From the NCBI RefSeq assembly GCF_009914755.1, contig NC_060932.1: a stretch of 64,000 bases of DNA. One strand, 5' to 3'. Below the pieces are notes generated by a model. It was not told where the DNA came from and made no database searches. It saw only the letters and a program-made list of their open reading frames with translations. Positions 26,513-39,689 of the stretch are shown here, in pieces (within the stretch, counting starts at the first letter, position 1; each line of letters starts with the position of its first letter). The translations under genes and the position numbers were made by a program. The DNA is from the human T2T-CHM13v2.0 reference genome, Homo sapiens.

Positions 26513-26952
26513 CAGTTTGCATGAAAAGGATGCCCGGTGAAGGTGGCAGAAAATAAAAGTCGTCATCACCACGTCAGGGGTTCAATAAGGTACCAGAGAG
26601 TTGGAGGTAAGCAAAAATTTACCATCTACCACAGCAGTAGAGGAGAAGGAAAAGAGGAAGAAATGAATTCATTTCTATTTAAACTTAGGAAAATTTGGCT
26701 CCAAGAGTTGACAGCTCCCAAGTCCGGAAACTTAGACTGCACATGCATTTCTGCATATATTATGTGAAATATTTTTATATCAAGCAGAGATGCAGGAAGC
26801 CTGTTTCTCTCTGGGACTCTATTCTCCCATGCCATATGTGCAGTGTCATATTTTCCAACTCATTGCTGTTTTGGTGGCGTGTAAGTCTTTCAGAGGCAAA
26901 CCTCGATGAGAGTATCTTAAGCAGGACCTTGAATAAATCGTACGGTACTTAC

Positions 26953-27147
26953 CAGGAGGCATCGTGCAATGTTCTGGGAACATTTCCAGAGCATGCTTCA
27001 ATCTCTCAGTATCTTGCAGGAGCAGCAGCGTTTTCATGTGGTACAGGATGGACACGTCTGAGGGCAGCATGCTGTGTGACGCGAGGCGGTCCAGCAGCTC
27101 CTCAGCGGCATCTGCGAGGGCAGCTGAAGCTGCATCTCTGGAGACAC
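26953..27147 (-). CDS. ERICH1: ERICH1 coding exon 5, 195 nt
   Basis: Acceptor TTTATGTAG|GTGTCT, donor CCTG|GTAAGT. Encodes GVSRDAASAALADAAEELLDRLASHSMLPSDVSILYHMKTLLLLQDTERLKHALEMFPEHCTMPP. Confidence 0.96.
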
Positions 27148-27345
27148 CTACATAAAGTCAGTTTTGCTTGGAAATACAGTTTTGTTTTTATTTCTATAAA
27201 CTAAAGATAAGCTTTCCTCTCTTAAGGAAGGTCTCAAACCTACGCTTCCACACAGAATGACATATCTGGGAGATGAGAAGCTACCAGAAGAGAGAATCAG
27301 AACAGAGCTCAGCACAAAATACCACTGCATGAACGACTGTGGAAA

Positions 27346-27995
27346 CCTGGCCCGTCTACACCTCTGTCTGGTGAGACGCCTCCCCTGGCCCATCTACACC
27401 TCTGTCTGGTGAGACGCCTCCCCTGGCCCGTCTACACCTCTGTCTGGTGAGACGCCTCCCCTGGCCCGTCTACACGTCTGTCTGGTGAGACGCCTCCCCT
27501 GGCCCGTCTACACGTCTGTCTGGTGAGACGCCTCCCCTGGCCCGTCTACACGTCTGTCTGGTGAGACGCCTCCCCTGGCCCGTCTACACGTCTGTCTGGT
27601 GGGACGCCTCCCCTGGCCCGTCTACACGTCTGTCTGGTGGGACGCCTCCCCTGGCCCGTCTACACGTCTGTCTGGTGGGACGCCTCCCCTGGCCCGTCTA
27701 CACGTCTGTCTGGTGAGACGCCTCCCCTGGCCCGTCTACACGTCTGTCTGGTGGGACGCCTCCCCTGGCCCGTCTACACGTCTGTCTGGTGGGACGCCTC
27801 CCCTGGCCCGTCTACACGTCTGTCTGGTGGGACGCCTCCCCTGGCCCGTCTACACGTCTGTCTGGTGGGACGCCTCCCCTGGCCCGTCTACACGTCTGTC
27901 TGGTGGGACGCCTCCCCTGGCCCGTCTACACGTCTGTCTGGTGGGACGCCTCCCCTGGCCCGTCTACACCTCTGTCTGGTGAGACGCCTTCCCTG
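27346..27995. repeat. VNTR, 38-bp unit, about 17 copies
   Basis: CCTGGCCCGTCTACAC(G/C)TCTGTCTGGTG(A/G)GACGCCTCC. Confidence 0.98.
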
Positions 27996-28329
27996 TCCAA
28001 CACACGACTCAGGGCTACGAACAGCAGCAGGTTAAACCAGACAATGAAAGCAAGCTCTCTATGTCCACATCACATCGCTTAAAAAAAGAATCAGACTGTG
28101 GCTGTTTAGAAGAAATCAAGGAGAACTGAAAACAAGCCCCCGACTTCCCCTGGATCTGGCTGCTGGTCTTGTTTCTCTGGCTGCTGTTCAGCAGTATGAC
28201 TGCAATTCACTTGCCTCTGGTGGTTTCGGCGTTAACCCTGCTTGGACTTGGCAGGACTTCTTCAACCTGTGACTCTGTGTCCTGTAACAATGGTGTAAAA
28301 CTCCCAAATGTCACATCTCCGTCCTGCCC

Positions 28330-28800
28330 CCGCTCCGTCCTCTCTCCTCTCCACCTGGGCCTGTTTCAGGGACACAACTTCCCACTCCATGTCTGCCGGG
28401 CTCTTTCCTGTGTTTTCCACCCGTTTTCTCTCCACTCTGCATTCTGGGGACTTTCTTTCACCTGTCTTCCTGGTCACTAATTCTCTTTTATACCAACTCT
28501 CATTTGCTGTTTCCCTGTCTTTTGAGGCCTGAATTTTAGTTACTATATTTCTCAGGCCTAAAATTTCCATTTGATTATTTTAGTAGATTCAAATTACCTG
28601 GCGAAATGCTCCAATTTTTCCTTTTTCCCCTTATTTTAGGCTCCTTATCTGATAACATCGGCCTCTCCCACTGTGGCTCTACTGCTCTTTTTTTCTCGTG
28701 GTTTTCGGTGCTGTGGTCCTGTCTCGTGGCATGCCCGGTAAACTGTTGCTGAACGCATAGGAAAGACTGCAGAGGTCTAGGATGGCGACATTTTCCTCTA
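28330..28800 (-). mobile_element. Old L1 ORF1-region fragment
   Basis: T-rich + strand with TGAATTTTAGTTACTATATTTCTC...AAAATTTCCATTTG; minus ORF MEILGLRNIVTKIQ resembles the ORF1 coiled coil. Confidence 0.5.
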
Positions 28801-29089
28801 GAGGGCTCACCCTTTGCTCCGCCAGGCAGACCGAGTAGAGGGGGATCCCCTGGACCGTGCAGGGACTGAGCTGACTCCAGGGTGGCCACACATTTGGGAC
28901 AGTGTCATCTGCTTCTGGGCTGCCCTGCTCTGCTGGGCTCGAGGGTCAGGCCGATCCTCATCTCATCAGCACCTCAAGATGGCCAAGAGGCTCCTATGTT
29001 ATTCGGAGGCTCTCTGTGTGGCTTCTCATCTTCCACCCACAGCTTCAGAATTGGGCAAAGGTTCTAAGGGAAGCCATGCAGTGTTGAGT

Positions 29090-30285
29090 TCTGTTCTCTG
29101 ACCTCTGAGTCCACCGGCCCCAGCTCCAACCTCTGAACCCCCTGGCCCCAGGTCCAACATCTGAGCTTACTGGTCCCCAGGCTCTGACCTCTGAACCCAC
29201 TGGCCCCTGCTTCGACCTCTGAGCCCACCGGTCCCCAGGATCCAACCTCTGAACCCGCCGGCCCCTGCTCCAACCTCTGAGCCCACCGGTCCCCCAGGCT
29301 CCAACCTCTGCACCTGCCAGCCCCAGCTCCAACACCTGAGCCCACTGGTCCCCAGGCTCCGACCTCTGAACCTGCCGGCCCCTGCTCCAACACCTGAGCC
29401 CACCGGTCCCCAGGCTCCGACCTCTGAACCTGCCAGCCCCGGCTCTAATGTCTGTGCTCACTGGTCCCCAGGCTCCGACCTCTGAACGTGCCAGCCCCGG
29501 TTCTAATGTCTGTGCTCACTGGGCTCCAGGCTCCGACCTCTGAACCTGCCGGCCCTGGCTGTAATGTCTGTGCCCACTGGTCCCCAGGCTCTGACCTCTG
29601 AACCCGCTGGCCCCTGCTCCGACCACTGAGCGCGCTGGTCCCCAGGCTCCGACCTCTGAACCTGCCGGCCCCGGCTCTAATGTCTGCGCTCACTGGGCTC
29701 CAGGCTGAGACCTCTGAACCTGCCGGCCCCGGCTCTAATGTCTGCGCTCACTGGGCTCCAGGCTGAGACCTCTGAACCTGCCGGCCCCGGCTCTAATGTC
29801 TGCGCTCACTGGGCTCCAGGCTGAGACCTCTGAACCTGCCGGCCCCGGTTCTAATGTCTGTGCTCACTGGGCTCCAGGCTCCGACCTCTGAACCTGCCGG
29901 CCCTGGCTGTAATGTCTGTGCCCACTGGTCCCCAGGCTCTGACCTCTGAACCCGCTGGCCCCTGCTCCGACCACTGAGCGCACTGGTCCCCAGGCTCCGA
30001 CCTCTGAACCTGTCGGCCCCGGCCCTAATGTCTGTGCTCACTGGGCTCCAGGCTGCGACCTCTGAACCTGCCGCCCCGGCTCTAATGTCTGCGCTCACTG
30101 GGCTCCAGGCTGAGACCTCTGAACCTGCCGGCCCCGGCTCTAATGTCTGCGCTCACTGGGCTCCAGGCTGAGACCTCTGAACCTGCCGGCCCCGGCTCTA
30201 ATGTCTGTGCTCACTGGGCTCCAGGCTGCGACCTCTGAACCTGCCAGCCCCGGCTCTGTCTGTGCTCACTGGGCTCCAGGCTCTG
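29090..30285. repeat. Complex minisatellite (about 29/30-bp and about 59-bp units)
   Basis: CAGGCTCCGACCTCTGAACCTGCCGGCCCCGGCTCTAATGTCTGCGCTCACTGGGCTC. Confidence 0.95.
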
Positions 30286-31643
30286 CTTTTGGTTTCTCAA
30301 CCTGTGAGGCTGGTTTTTCTGCCTCTCTGGGCTCCACCAGGTCCTTTCCCCAGACCCTCACCCAACGCCCACACACAGGACTTGCAGATTCCTGAAGACA
30401 AGTGGCTGCAGATGTTTCCATGATAATCTCCCAGTGAGGGTTCCAGGAGTTCCATCTTTCTATGAGCTGTTTTCCTGAGTAGCTTCCTGATCCCTTCAAC
30501 AGGTGTTTCCCATCCTGGCTTTCTGGTTACTCCTGGCATGACTGTTGGTCTGCCCCAAGCTGCTCGATCACACACAGAATAGAAAGTTTACTGAGATCTT
30601 TCTGAATTCTGCGTCTACTTTGCAGTGTCTTAGCCATGTCTTCCTGATGTGCCATCTGGATATATGTTTTCAATTTGTTAATACAATCTGCTGAGAAACA
30701 CGCTAAAGAGGAAGAGGCTAGAGTGCTCTTCGTGTTGAAATCAATCTATTAAAAATGGTACTTCTGCATCTTTGTTAAAATCAGTTACTTACTTCCCAAA
30801 TTATTACATAGCTGATATTTCTCAATCTTGCTCATAAGAACACCATCAAATGCCTTGCTTAAATCTGGATCTGCTAAACCCACCACATTAACCTGAACCT
30901 GCTGGTAACGTCATTGAAAAGACACCTATACCCACAAAAATTAAACAGTATTAAAAAAAATTAAAGAGAAGAAAGCCAGGAAGCCAGCCCACGGTGAGTA
31001 TCTCTGTTCTGGGGCAGCCACGTGTCCCTAGGTCAGCTGTCAACAAAGCGTAGTGCAGATGTAAGCAAGTGCCATCTGTGACATTAAACCTATGTTTATT
31101 TTCCTTATCTTATGTCAGTACAAACAACTGCACAATAATGCATGCTGAGAAATCGTGCATCCGTTCTATGTGGAAGAGAAAATGAAACCTGTCCTAAAGG
31201 CGCAAGCTGTGTTTCCTTCACCTCTCAGTCTGCTTATGAAGGTGAGCTCAGCTCATCAAAACCTCCAATCTGGATTTATCTCTTGTTTAGAAAAATAGCC
31301 TGGATGCCAACACACTCCAAAACCTGACCTTAGAGGCATGGAGGACACGGGGCCAGCCTGTCCTTGGCACAGCTGGCCAGGGCCACCACACTGCTTCTCT
31401 GGATATGCCAGGGGCACATGCCCATCCACATCATCGGTGGAAAGCACATAAATACTCTGATCTTTGCCTTATAACTAATTATTTACATTGAATATTTTTT
31501 ACTTATATTACTTGCCTTACAACTAATTATTTTACATTGAATATTTTTAAAGTATGTTTTAACATTTAAGCATTATATTTGTTTCTTTTAATAAACTTTT
31601 AAGTGGATGTCACTATGCAAGAGAAAAACAGTAAAAAACATAC

Positions 31644-32402
31644 CGTCATAAAAATACATTTCCTGTGTTGACTTCAAAAAATTTAGAATACTGTGTGCCT
31701 TTTCATTGGTAATTGTATCATCTTCCTCGCTGGCGTCTGCACCGTCCTCCTCCCCGGAGTCTGCACCCTCTTCCTCCCCAGCCCATGTCGGGTCTTCCTC
31801 GCTGGCGTCCGCACCGTCCTCCTCCCTGGTGTCTTTACCGTCTTCCTCCCCGGCCCGTGTCAGGTCTTCCTCAATGGTGTCCACACCGTCCTCCTCCCTG
31901 GCGTCTTTAACGTCTTCCTCCCCGGCCGGTGTCGGATCTTCCTCACTAGCGTCCGCACCCTCTTCCTGCCTGGCCCGTGTCAGGTCTTCCTCGCTAGCGT
32001 CCGCACCATCTTCCTCCCTGGTATCTTTAACGTCTTCCTCCCCGGCCAGTGTCGGGTCTTCCTCGCTGGTGTCCACACCATCCTCCTCACAAGCCTCTCC
32101 CACGCCTTCCCCTTCATTGCTGCTGTCCTCGGGCTGGTACATGAAACTGACACCAGCAGCCTTTGCTGCCAAGCCGGCTGCTTTCTTCCTTTTAATTTGC
32201 TGTTTCTTTTTCAGTTTCCTTTTTTTATTTTTGCTTATTGTGGTGCCATCTGTGTGCTGTCGCTGAGATTTCTCCTGTAACAGACTCTGCTGTTTCTCTA
32301 ATTCTGCTTGTTCTATAAGAACATTATTGGGATTTTTAAATTTTTTCTTTGATTTATGCTTCCTAATTCTTCTTCTCTTTGGCTGGTCATGAGGATCCTG
32401 AT
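31644..32402 (-). CDS. ERICH1: ERICH1 large coding exon (exon 4), 759 nt: Lys/Arg-rich block followed by Glu/Asp-rich repeats
   Basis: Acceptor TTTTTTAACAG|ATCAGG, donor TATGACG|GTATGT. Encodes DQDPHDQPKRRRIRKHKSKKKFK...EEDGADASEEDPT...ILNFLKSTQEMYFYD. ORF track 31588-32172 covers the 3' part. Confidence 0.97.
31705..32088 (-). repeat. ERICH1: Coding 24-nt (8-aa) tandem repeat EEDxxxxx, about 16 units, in ERICH1 exon 4
   Basis: EEDGVDTS EEDPTLAG EEDVKDTR EEDGADAS EEDLTRAR QEEGADAS ... EEDDTITN. Confidence 0.9.
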
Positions 32403-32632
32403 CTGTTAAAAAAATTCAAATATAACAATTTTCAGTACAATGAAACCATAACAAACATATTAGGCTAAATAAATTTTCCATCAGGATCTTGTAGTTTTAG
32501 TAGAAAAAGAGTTTACACTATTTACTTCGGTGATTCTCAACTTTACCATCAAAGATCCTAGGACTAACGTAATATAAATTAGCAGTACATACACTCACAG
32601 ATGCGACAATCATAATATATGGTGTGTTTTGA

Positions 32633-32959
<327 letters not shown>

Positions 32960-33206
32960 AGTTGTTGCATTTTTATAGTAAAATTTCATTTCTATGGGCC
33001 TTTCCCTCTATGGGGGGGAAACCCGTATTTCTTTTGTTCTTTTAAAAAATTTATTTTACAATTTAGTCCTTTCTAAAGTTACTTGTGTGTGAGAATAAAA
33101 AATAAGTAATGATGATTTGCCCATCTGAGTCAGCATCAGGTTGCGTTTTGACACGAAGCTAAGCTGGACTCCAGGTTGGCAGAAGGTGGTTTATAAATAG
33201 CATAGG

Positions 33207-33390
33207 TTGGTGATGTGCTGGTAAATGGCTAATAACCAGCTCTCGGAAAAGTCCTGAGTCCTCCAATCTGCTCATTTCCCTGGTGTAAATATTTCCCCCG
33301 TGGCCGATTTCAAACTACCACTGTGGTGTTGCGGAACAGAAGAGGTAGCACAGCCAATTCTCACAGGCTGAGAGGGGCAGCATGGCTTGA
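33207..33390. mobile_element. MER63A-like DNA element
   Basis: TGTGCTGGTAAATG..ACCAGCTCTC; GGTGTAAATA..GGCCGATTTCAAACTACCA. Confidence 0.65.
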
Positions 33391-33452
33391 AACGGGCGGC
33401 TGGGGAGAGGGTGGGCAGGAAGCACCATGGATAAACCATGGCAGTCTCAACA

Positions 33453-34163
33453 CCTCAGTGAGGACAGAGACGCGGCGCCCCCTCGGCGAGGACAGAGACG
33501 CGGCGGCCCCTCGGCGAGGACAGAGACGCGGCGGCCCCTCGGCGAGGACAGAGACGCGGCGCCCCCTCGGCGAGGACAGAGACGCGGCGGCCCCTCGGCG
33601 AGGACAGAGACGCGGCGCCCCCTCGGCGAGGACAGAGACGCGGCGGCCCCTCGGCGAGGACAGAGACGCGGCGGCCCCTCGGCGAGGACAGAGACGCGGC
33701 GCCCCCTCGGCGAGGACAGAGACGCGGCGGCCCCTCGGCGAGGACAGAGACGCGGCGGCCCCTCGTGAGGACAGAGACGCGGCGGCCCCTCGTGAGGACA
33801 GAGACGCGGCGCCCCCTCGGCGAGGACAGAGACGCGGCGGCCCCTCGGCGAGGACAGAGACGCGGCGCCCCCTCGGCGAGGACAGAGACGCGGCGGCCCC
33901 TCGGCGAGGACAGAGACGCGGCGGCCCCTCGTGAGGACAGAGACGCGGCGGCCCCTCGTGAGGACAGAGACGCGGCGCCCCCTCGGCGAGGACAGAGACG
34001 CGGCGGCCCCTCGTGAGGACAGAGGCGCGGCGGCCCCTCGTGAGGACAGAGACGCGGCGCCCCCTCGGCGAGGACAGAGACGCGGCGGCCCCTCGTGAGG
34101 ACAGAGGCGCGGCGGCCCCTCGTGAGGACAGAGGCGCGGCGGCCCCTCGTGAGGACAGAGGCA
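33453..34163. repeat. CpG-rich VNTR, 27/28-bp unit, about 25 copies
   Basis: AGGACAGAGACGCGGCG(G/C)CCCCTCGGCG and the ...CCTCGTG variant. Confidence 0.98.
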
Positions 34164-34589
34164 CACTACCCGTGCTGCTGCTCCCTGACAGAAGGGTATC
34201 AGATAAGTAACTGGCGCCATGCGGGGGGAACAGAGGGTGTGTGCAGGCCAAGAACAGACGGCACATGGCGCACACGCCCCGCCCCACACCCAAGCCCCGC
34301 CCAGACACTGATGGGTAAAGTCTATACCACAGGCGTCTGTGCCACGGCCGGCACACGGCTCCCGGGTGTTGCCCGAGCAGACCTAGAACTATAAAGCTTG
34401 CCGCTGCACCACGCCAAGGGCGGGGGTTCAGACAGTTCTCATTTTAGGAAGCGCCTGTTGGAGTTTTCTGAGCTGTGCACCCCATCACAGATTGTGAAGA
34501 ATCAAGATGAAACAACGTGAGTGAAGTTTGTGAGACACTGTAAGGGCAGATTCCCTATCATTTCCACTCAAGCGCTTTCCCTTCACCTC

Positions 34590-35300
34590 TGAAATGAGAT
34601 AGAATACATGAGTTCCTCTTCCACAATGAAGCTCTTCAAAGCGGTTTCCTATTCTCCTCTGTCTCAACAGCCTCAAGCACACCGCCCTCAAAGCCCAGGG
34701 CCTGCCCGCATGCTGGACAGGAACCCTGCAGAGGGTGAGCTCCGGGCTCTTCGCCAGCTGCGGACACCGCAAGCTGTGACGCAGTCCCACCCCATGACTC
34801 GATAAAGCAGTCGCATCGGTTTCTCTCACCCTGAAAATACAGGAAGTATTTTACCAAGCACCAGCCTCCCCTCTTCATTGGATGTAGACACCCCCCAGCT
34901 CTGTTCACGGTCAAACTGAACGCCGCTGTGGAACTGTGAGATGACATTGCTGCCGCTTTGTGGAAGAGAGTTCCCACCGTGTCTTGTTGTGATTGGTATC
35001 CGTTCTGCACAGCCTCCACCACCACAGCGTGGCACAGGCTGAAGCAGCTCCGCACACAGTCCCAAGATGAAGCCGCCAAGCCTGAGTCTCCTCGACACCT
35101 TCATCTCGCTCCTCACTCACCAGTGGGTGTTTGAATAATTTCATCTGCGAGTGTGTGTTGTTGCTTTTGGGGTCCACTGCGCAGGTCTGACCAACCAGCC
35201 TGGTCCAGACGTCTTTGAACAGCAGCCTCTGGGTCTGCCCTGAACACACTGATGTTTAAAACCAACCACGTCTAGGCAATCCATTTTAATTTCCCAGGTT
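34590..35300 (-). pseudogene. HELB-like 3' pseudo-exon region (end of motif III, IV, IVa, V and the C-terminal helix)
   Basis: Strong acceptor TCATCTTTTTTTAACAG|AACCT. Reads EPGKL..VFRA, ETQxLAASSWDC (35090-35056), WCLVKYFLYFQG (34863-34828), ETALKSFI (34648-34625), with several frameshifts. Confidence 0.6.
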
Positions 35301-36185
35301 CTGTTAAAAAAAGATGAAATTAAGCCTCTCCTCTTAGGTGTCTATTAAAAAATGTGACTGCCTTCATGAATTTGGAGATAAGTAACACATCGAGTGTTTT
35401 CCCACCCACAGGAAGCCCCTCTAGGATGCGACAGGTCACGGGGGCGACCCTCATCACCCAGCAAGAACACTGCGGAATGCTGCTCATCACCCCCCAGGCT
35501 CCTCCCGGCACGTCCTTCTCTGCCAGCTCTGTCAGTGCCGCTCATCGCCAGTGTCGTACCCCGGGGTCAGCTTCCCCTCCTAAGACTACAAGACAAACAA
35601 ATGGTTGCCCTGTTGAGATCGACTGCGCTATTGATCTATTTTTATAAGACTATAAAACAGTAATTTAAAAAGGTGAAGGAGGCAAAAAGGCCATAAAATG
35701 TTAAGTTTGTCATATTTTTTTCACATAAATGTGTATGCGTGTACTTTTGAAAAGGAAAAGTTAATATACATTAAAAAAAAAAGAGACTGGACATCCTTTT
35801 CTCAGGATGCTCCCTGCAGTTACTCCTTGGGTGGTCTAAGTATAGGCTGCTTTTTTCCTCCCAATTTCTCTGATTTCCAAGTCTAGTTTAAGAGAGGAGG
35901 CTTGAAAATCCAGCATCGGGAACACGGAAGTGCCGATACGTCTTGTTGGTGTTAAGAAGGTAATGAAAGGATACTGCACACAACGACATGCAAATCAGTT
36001 AATCCGTTAGAAACAGATTCCTGAGAAAAGTACAATTTAGCCAATGGACACAGAAAGAAACAGAAAATCACAATATTCCTGCATCTGTCTTAAAAAATGA
36101 GTCTAGTTAAAAATAATCCCACAAAAGAACTTCAGGCTTAGATAGGTTCACCTGTGACTTTTACTAAACATTTAAAGAAAAAGTC

Positions 36186-37100
<915 letters not shown>

Positions 37101-37448
37101 GAGGCCTCCAGCGTCTCCACTCCCCTGACAAGGGCATTGCAAGAAGGGAGGGCCACGGGCCCATCTCTCCCGTGGATGCTGCTACAAATATTCCATGCAA
37201 GATATTCACGAGATTCCAGTCATGTAAAGTGTATGATAAAATCTCAAATCAAACTGTCTCAAAGGAAGAAATCTAAATCGGATACCGGATACCTACAAGA
37301 ACCCACAGGCAAGGTCATAAGTCATGTTGAAATGCTGAAAGCCTTTTCTCCAACAGGTCCTGTGACATCACTGTGGTCACCTCCACACTGGGGCTCCAGG
37401 CAGGGCACCAGGGAGACAACGTGTGCAAGAGCTGGAAGGGAAGAAACG

Positions 37449-38530
37449 CAGCTGCCACCCCTGTGAACACAGAAGATGCAAGAGAATCCACAGCTGCCAC
37501 CCCTGTGAACACAGAAAGTCCAAGAGAATCCACAGCTGCCACCCCTGTGAACACAGAAGATGCAAGAGAATCCACAGCTGCCACCCCTGTGAACACAGAA
37601 GATGCAAGAGAATCCACAGCTGCCACCCCTGTGAACACAGAAAGTCCAAGAGAATCCATAGCTGCCACCCCTGTGAACACAGAAGATGCAAGAGAATCCA
37701 CAGCTGCCACCCCTGTGAACACAGAAGATGCAAGAGAATCCACAGCTGCCACCCCTGTGAACACAGAAGATGCAAGAGAATCCACAGCTGCCACCCCTGT
37801 GAACACAGAAAGTCCAAGAGAATCCACAGCTGCCACCCCTGTGAACACAGAAGATGCAAGAGAATCCACAGCTGCCACCCCTGTGAACACAGAAAGTCCA
37901 AGAGAATCCATAGCTGCCACCCCTGTGAACACAGAAAGTCCAAGAGAATCCATAGCTGCCACCCCTGTGAACACAGAAGATGCAAGAGAATCCACAGCTG
38001 CCACCCCTGTGAACACAGAAGATGCAAGAGAATCCACAGCTGCCACCCCTGTGAACACAGAAGATGCAAGAGAATCCACAGCTGCCACCCCTGTGAACAC
38101 AGAAAGTCCAAGAGAATCCATAGCTGCCACCCCTGTGAACACAGAAGATGCAAGAGAATCCACAGCTGCCACCCCTGTGAACACAGAAGATGCAAGAGAA
38201 TCCACAGCTGCCACCCCTGAAAACACAGAAAGTCCAAGAGAATCCATAGCTGCCACCCCTCCCCTGAAAACACAGAAAGTCCAAGAGAATACACAGCTGC
38301 CACCCCTCCCCGAAAACACGGAAAGTCCAAGAGAATCCACAGCTGCCACCTCCCCCGGTAAACACGGAAAGTCCAAGAGAATCCACAGCTGCCACCCCTC
38401 CCCCGAAAACACGGAAAGTCCAAGAGAATCCACAGCTGCCACCCCTGTGAACACAGAAAGTCCAAGAGAATCCACAGCTGCCACCCTTGTAAACACAGAA
38501 AATCCAAGAGAATCCACAGCTGCCACCCCA
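37449..38530. repeat. VNTR, 42-bp unit, about 25 copies, two interspersed variants
   Basis: CAGCTGCCACCCCTGTGAACACAGAA(GATG|AGTC)CAAGAGAATCCA. Confidence 0.98.
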
Positions 38531-39582
38531 TCAACAGGCAAGTGTGTCACAAATGCAGTGGTCACCACTCAGGAGAAAAAGGAACGTGCCACCAACACAC
38601 ACATCATGAGCTGCAACATCCTGACAGTGTGTGAGAGAGCCCAGATCGCCCCGCTGCCCCAGTTCCACACACCACCTGGCCCCACTTCTGTGAGTCCTGG
38701 GGTCTGTGAGCAGATCCACTGGGGCTTCCTGGACAGGGCAGAGGGGAGGAAGGGGCAGTCTCAGGACACAGGGAGACCTGGTGGTGACGGACACATTCAT
38801 TATTTCAACTGTGATAGTGGTCTCAGGGTCATGCTACATGCAGACTCATGAACTGCACACTTTGAACATCAGTGATGCTGCCCAAAGCCACTAAAAAACA
38901 CCGTATGCCAGAGAGCCAGACTGGATGCATTTGGCAGGCTCTGCCGCACCAGCTTGTGGCCTCTGCACCCCACTTCCCCTGCTGCCAACTGGGGGTTTGA
39001 CAGCAGCTCCAGGGTCACCCAAATCGCCACGCCCAGAGCCCTGCAGCGCTGCCCAGCCTGAGGAGGCTGAGTCATGGTGGCTACTCCATCCCAGATCTCA
39101 AAGTTCCTGATGCTTCTGGACAATGGAGCACTGTAAAAAATAGCTTATAATCTAGCTCACGAGAAAAACAACATCCTCTAACTCTGTCTTATTTAAAACA
39201 CGTGCCTGCATTTGTGGTGAGACATACCCAGCAGGGGTCACAATAATTTGGCAACTGAGAGAAAAAGATGTTTATGAATGACTTTCATATATGAGATGGA
39301 GAAAACCTTCCTTGGGGATTGGAGTCTCATACAAAGAATGCAAGAGTAATCAGAACTTGAAGGAACAAAACGCAAGCAGGATTGCAAAGCAGTGCCCTCC
39401 ACCTAACATAGACAGAGGGCCTCTGGAGGTCTTGCCACCAGAAGCCACAGAACCCATCCGTTTTGCAATTGTTGAGCTTTGGTTCATTCAGACAGACCTG
39501 TTTCTTTGTAATGATGTTTTCACTGTGCTGTTAGGTTTCCTGCCAAGCCAGAAACCATCTCTTAAGCAGAAGCCGCACTTAC

Positions 39583-39671
39583 ATCTGGGTGGAAAGATGG
39601 CCAGCAGAGACTGCCCGGCTGAGCCTTCGTCAGGCTCCGGAACCTCCTCTGAGGCCCACCTGTGCGCTTCC
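39583..39671 (-). pseudogene. 89-nt pseudo-exon carrying DEGS (Walker B-like)
   Basis: TTTTGCAG|GGAAG ... CCAGAT|GTAAGT. Reads REAHRWASEEVPEPDEGSAGQSLLAIFPPR. Confidence 0.6.
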
Positions 39672-39689
39672 CTGCAAAATCCAGTCTCA

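Noticed and set aside
31693-32280. Plus-strand ORFs over ERICH1 exon 4
   Set aside because: Antisense shadows of the acidic coding repeat.
37315-38851. Mucin-like 492-aa and Cys/His-rich ORFs as genes
   Set aside because: They are almost entirely the 42-bp VNTR, with no signal peptide, splice context or true C2H2 spacing.
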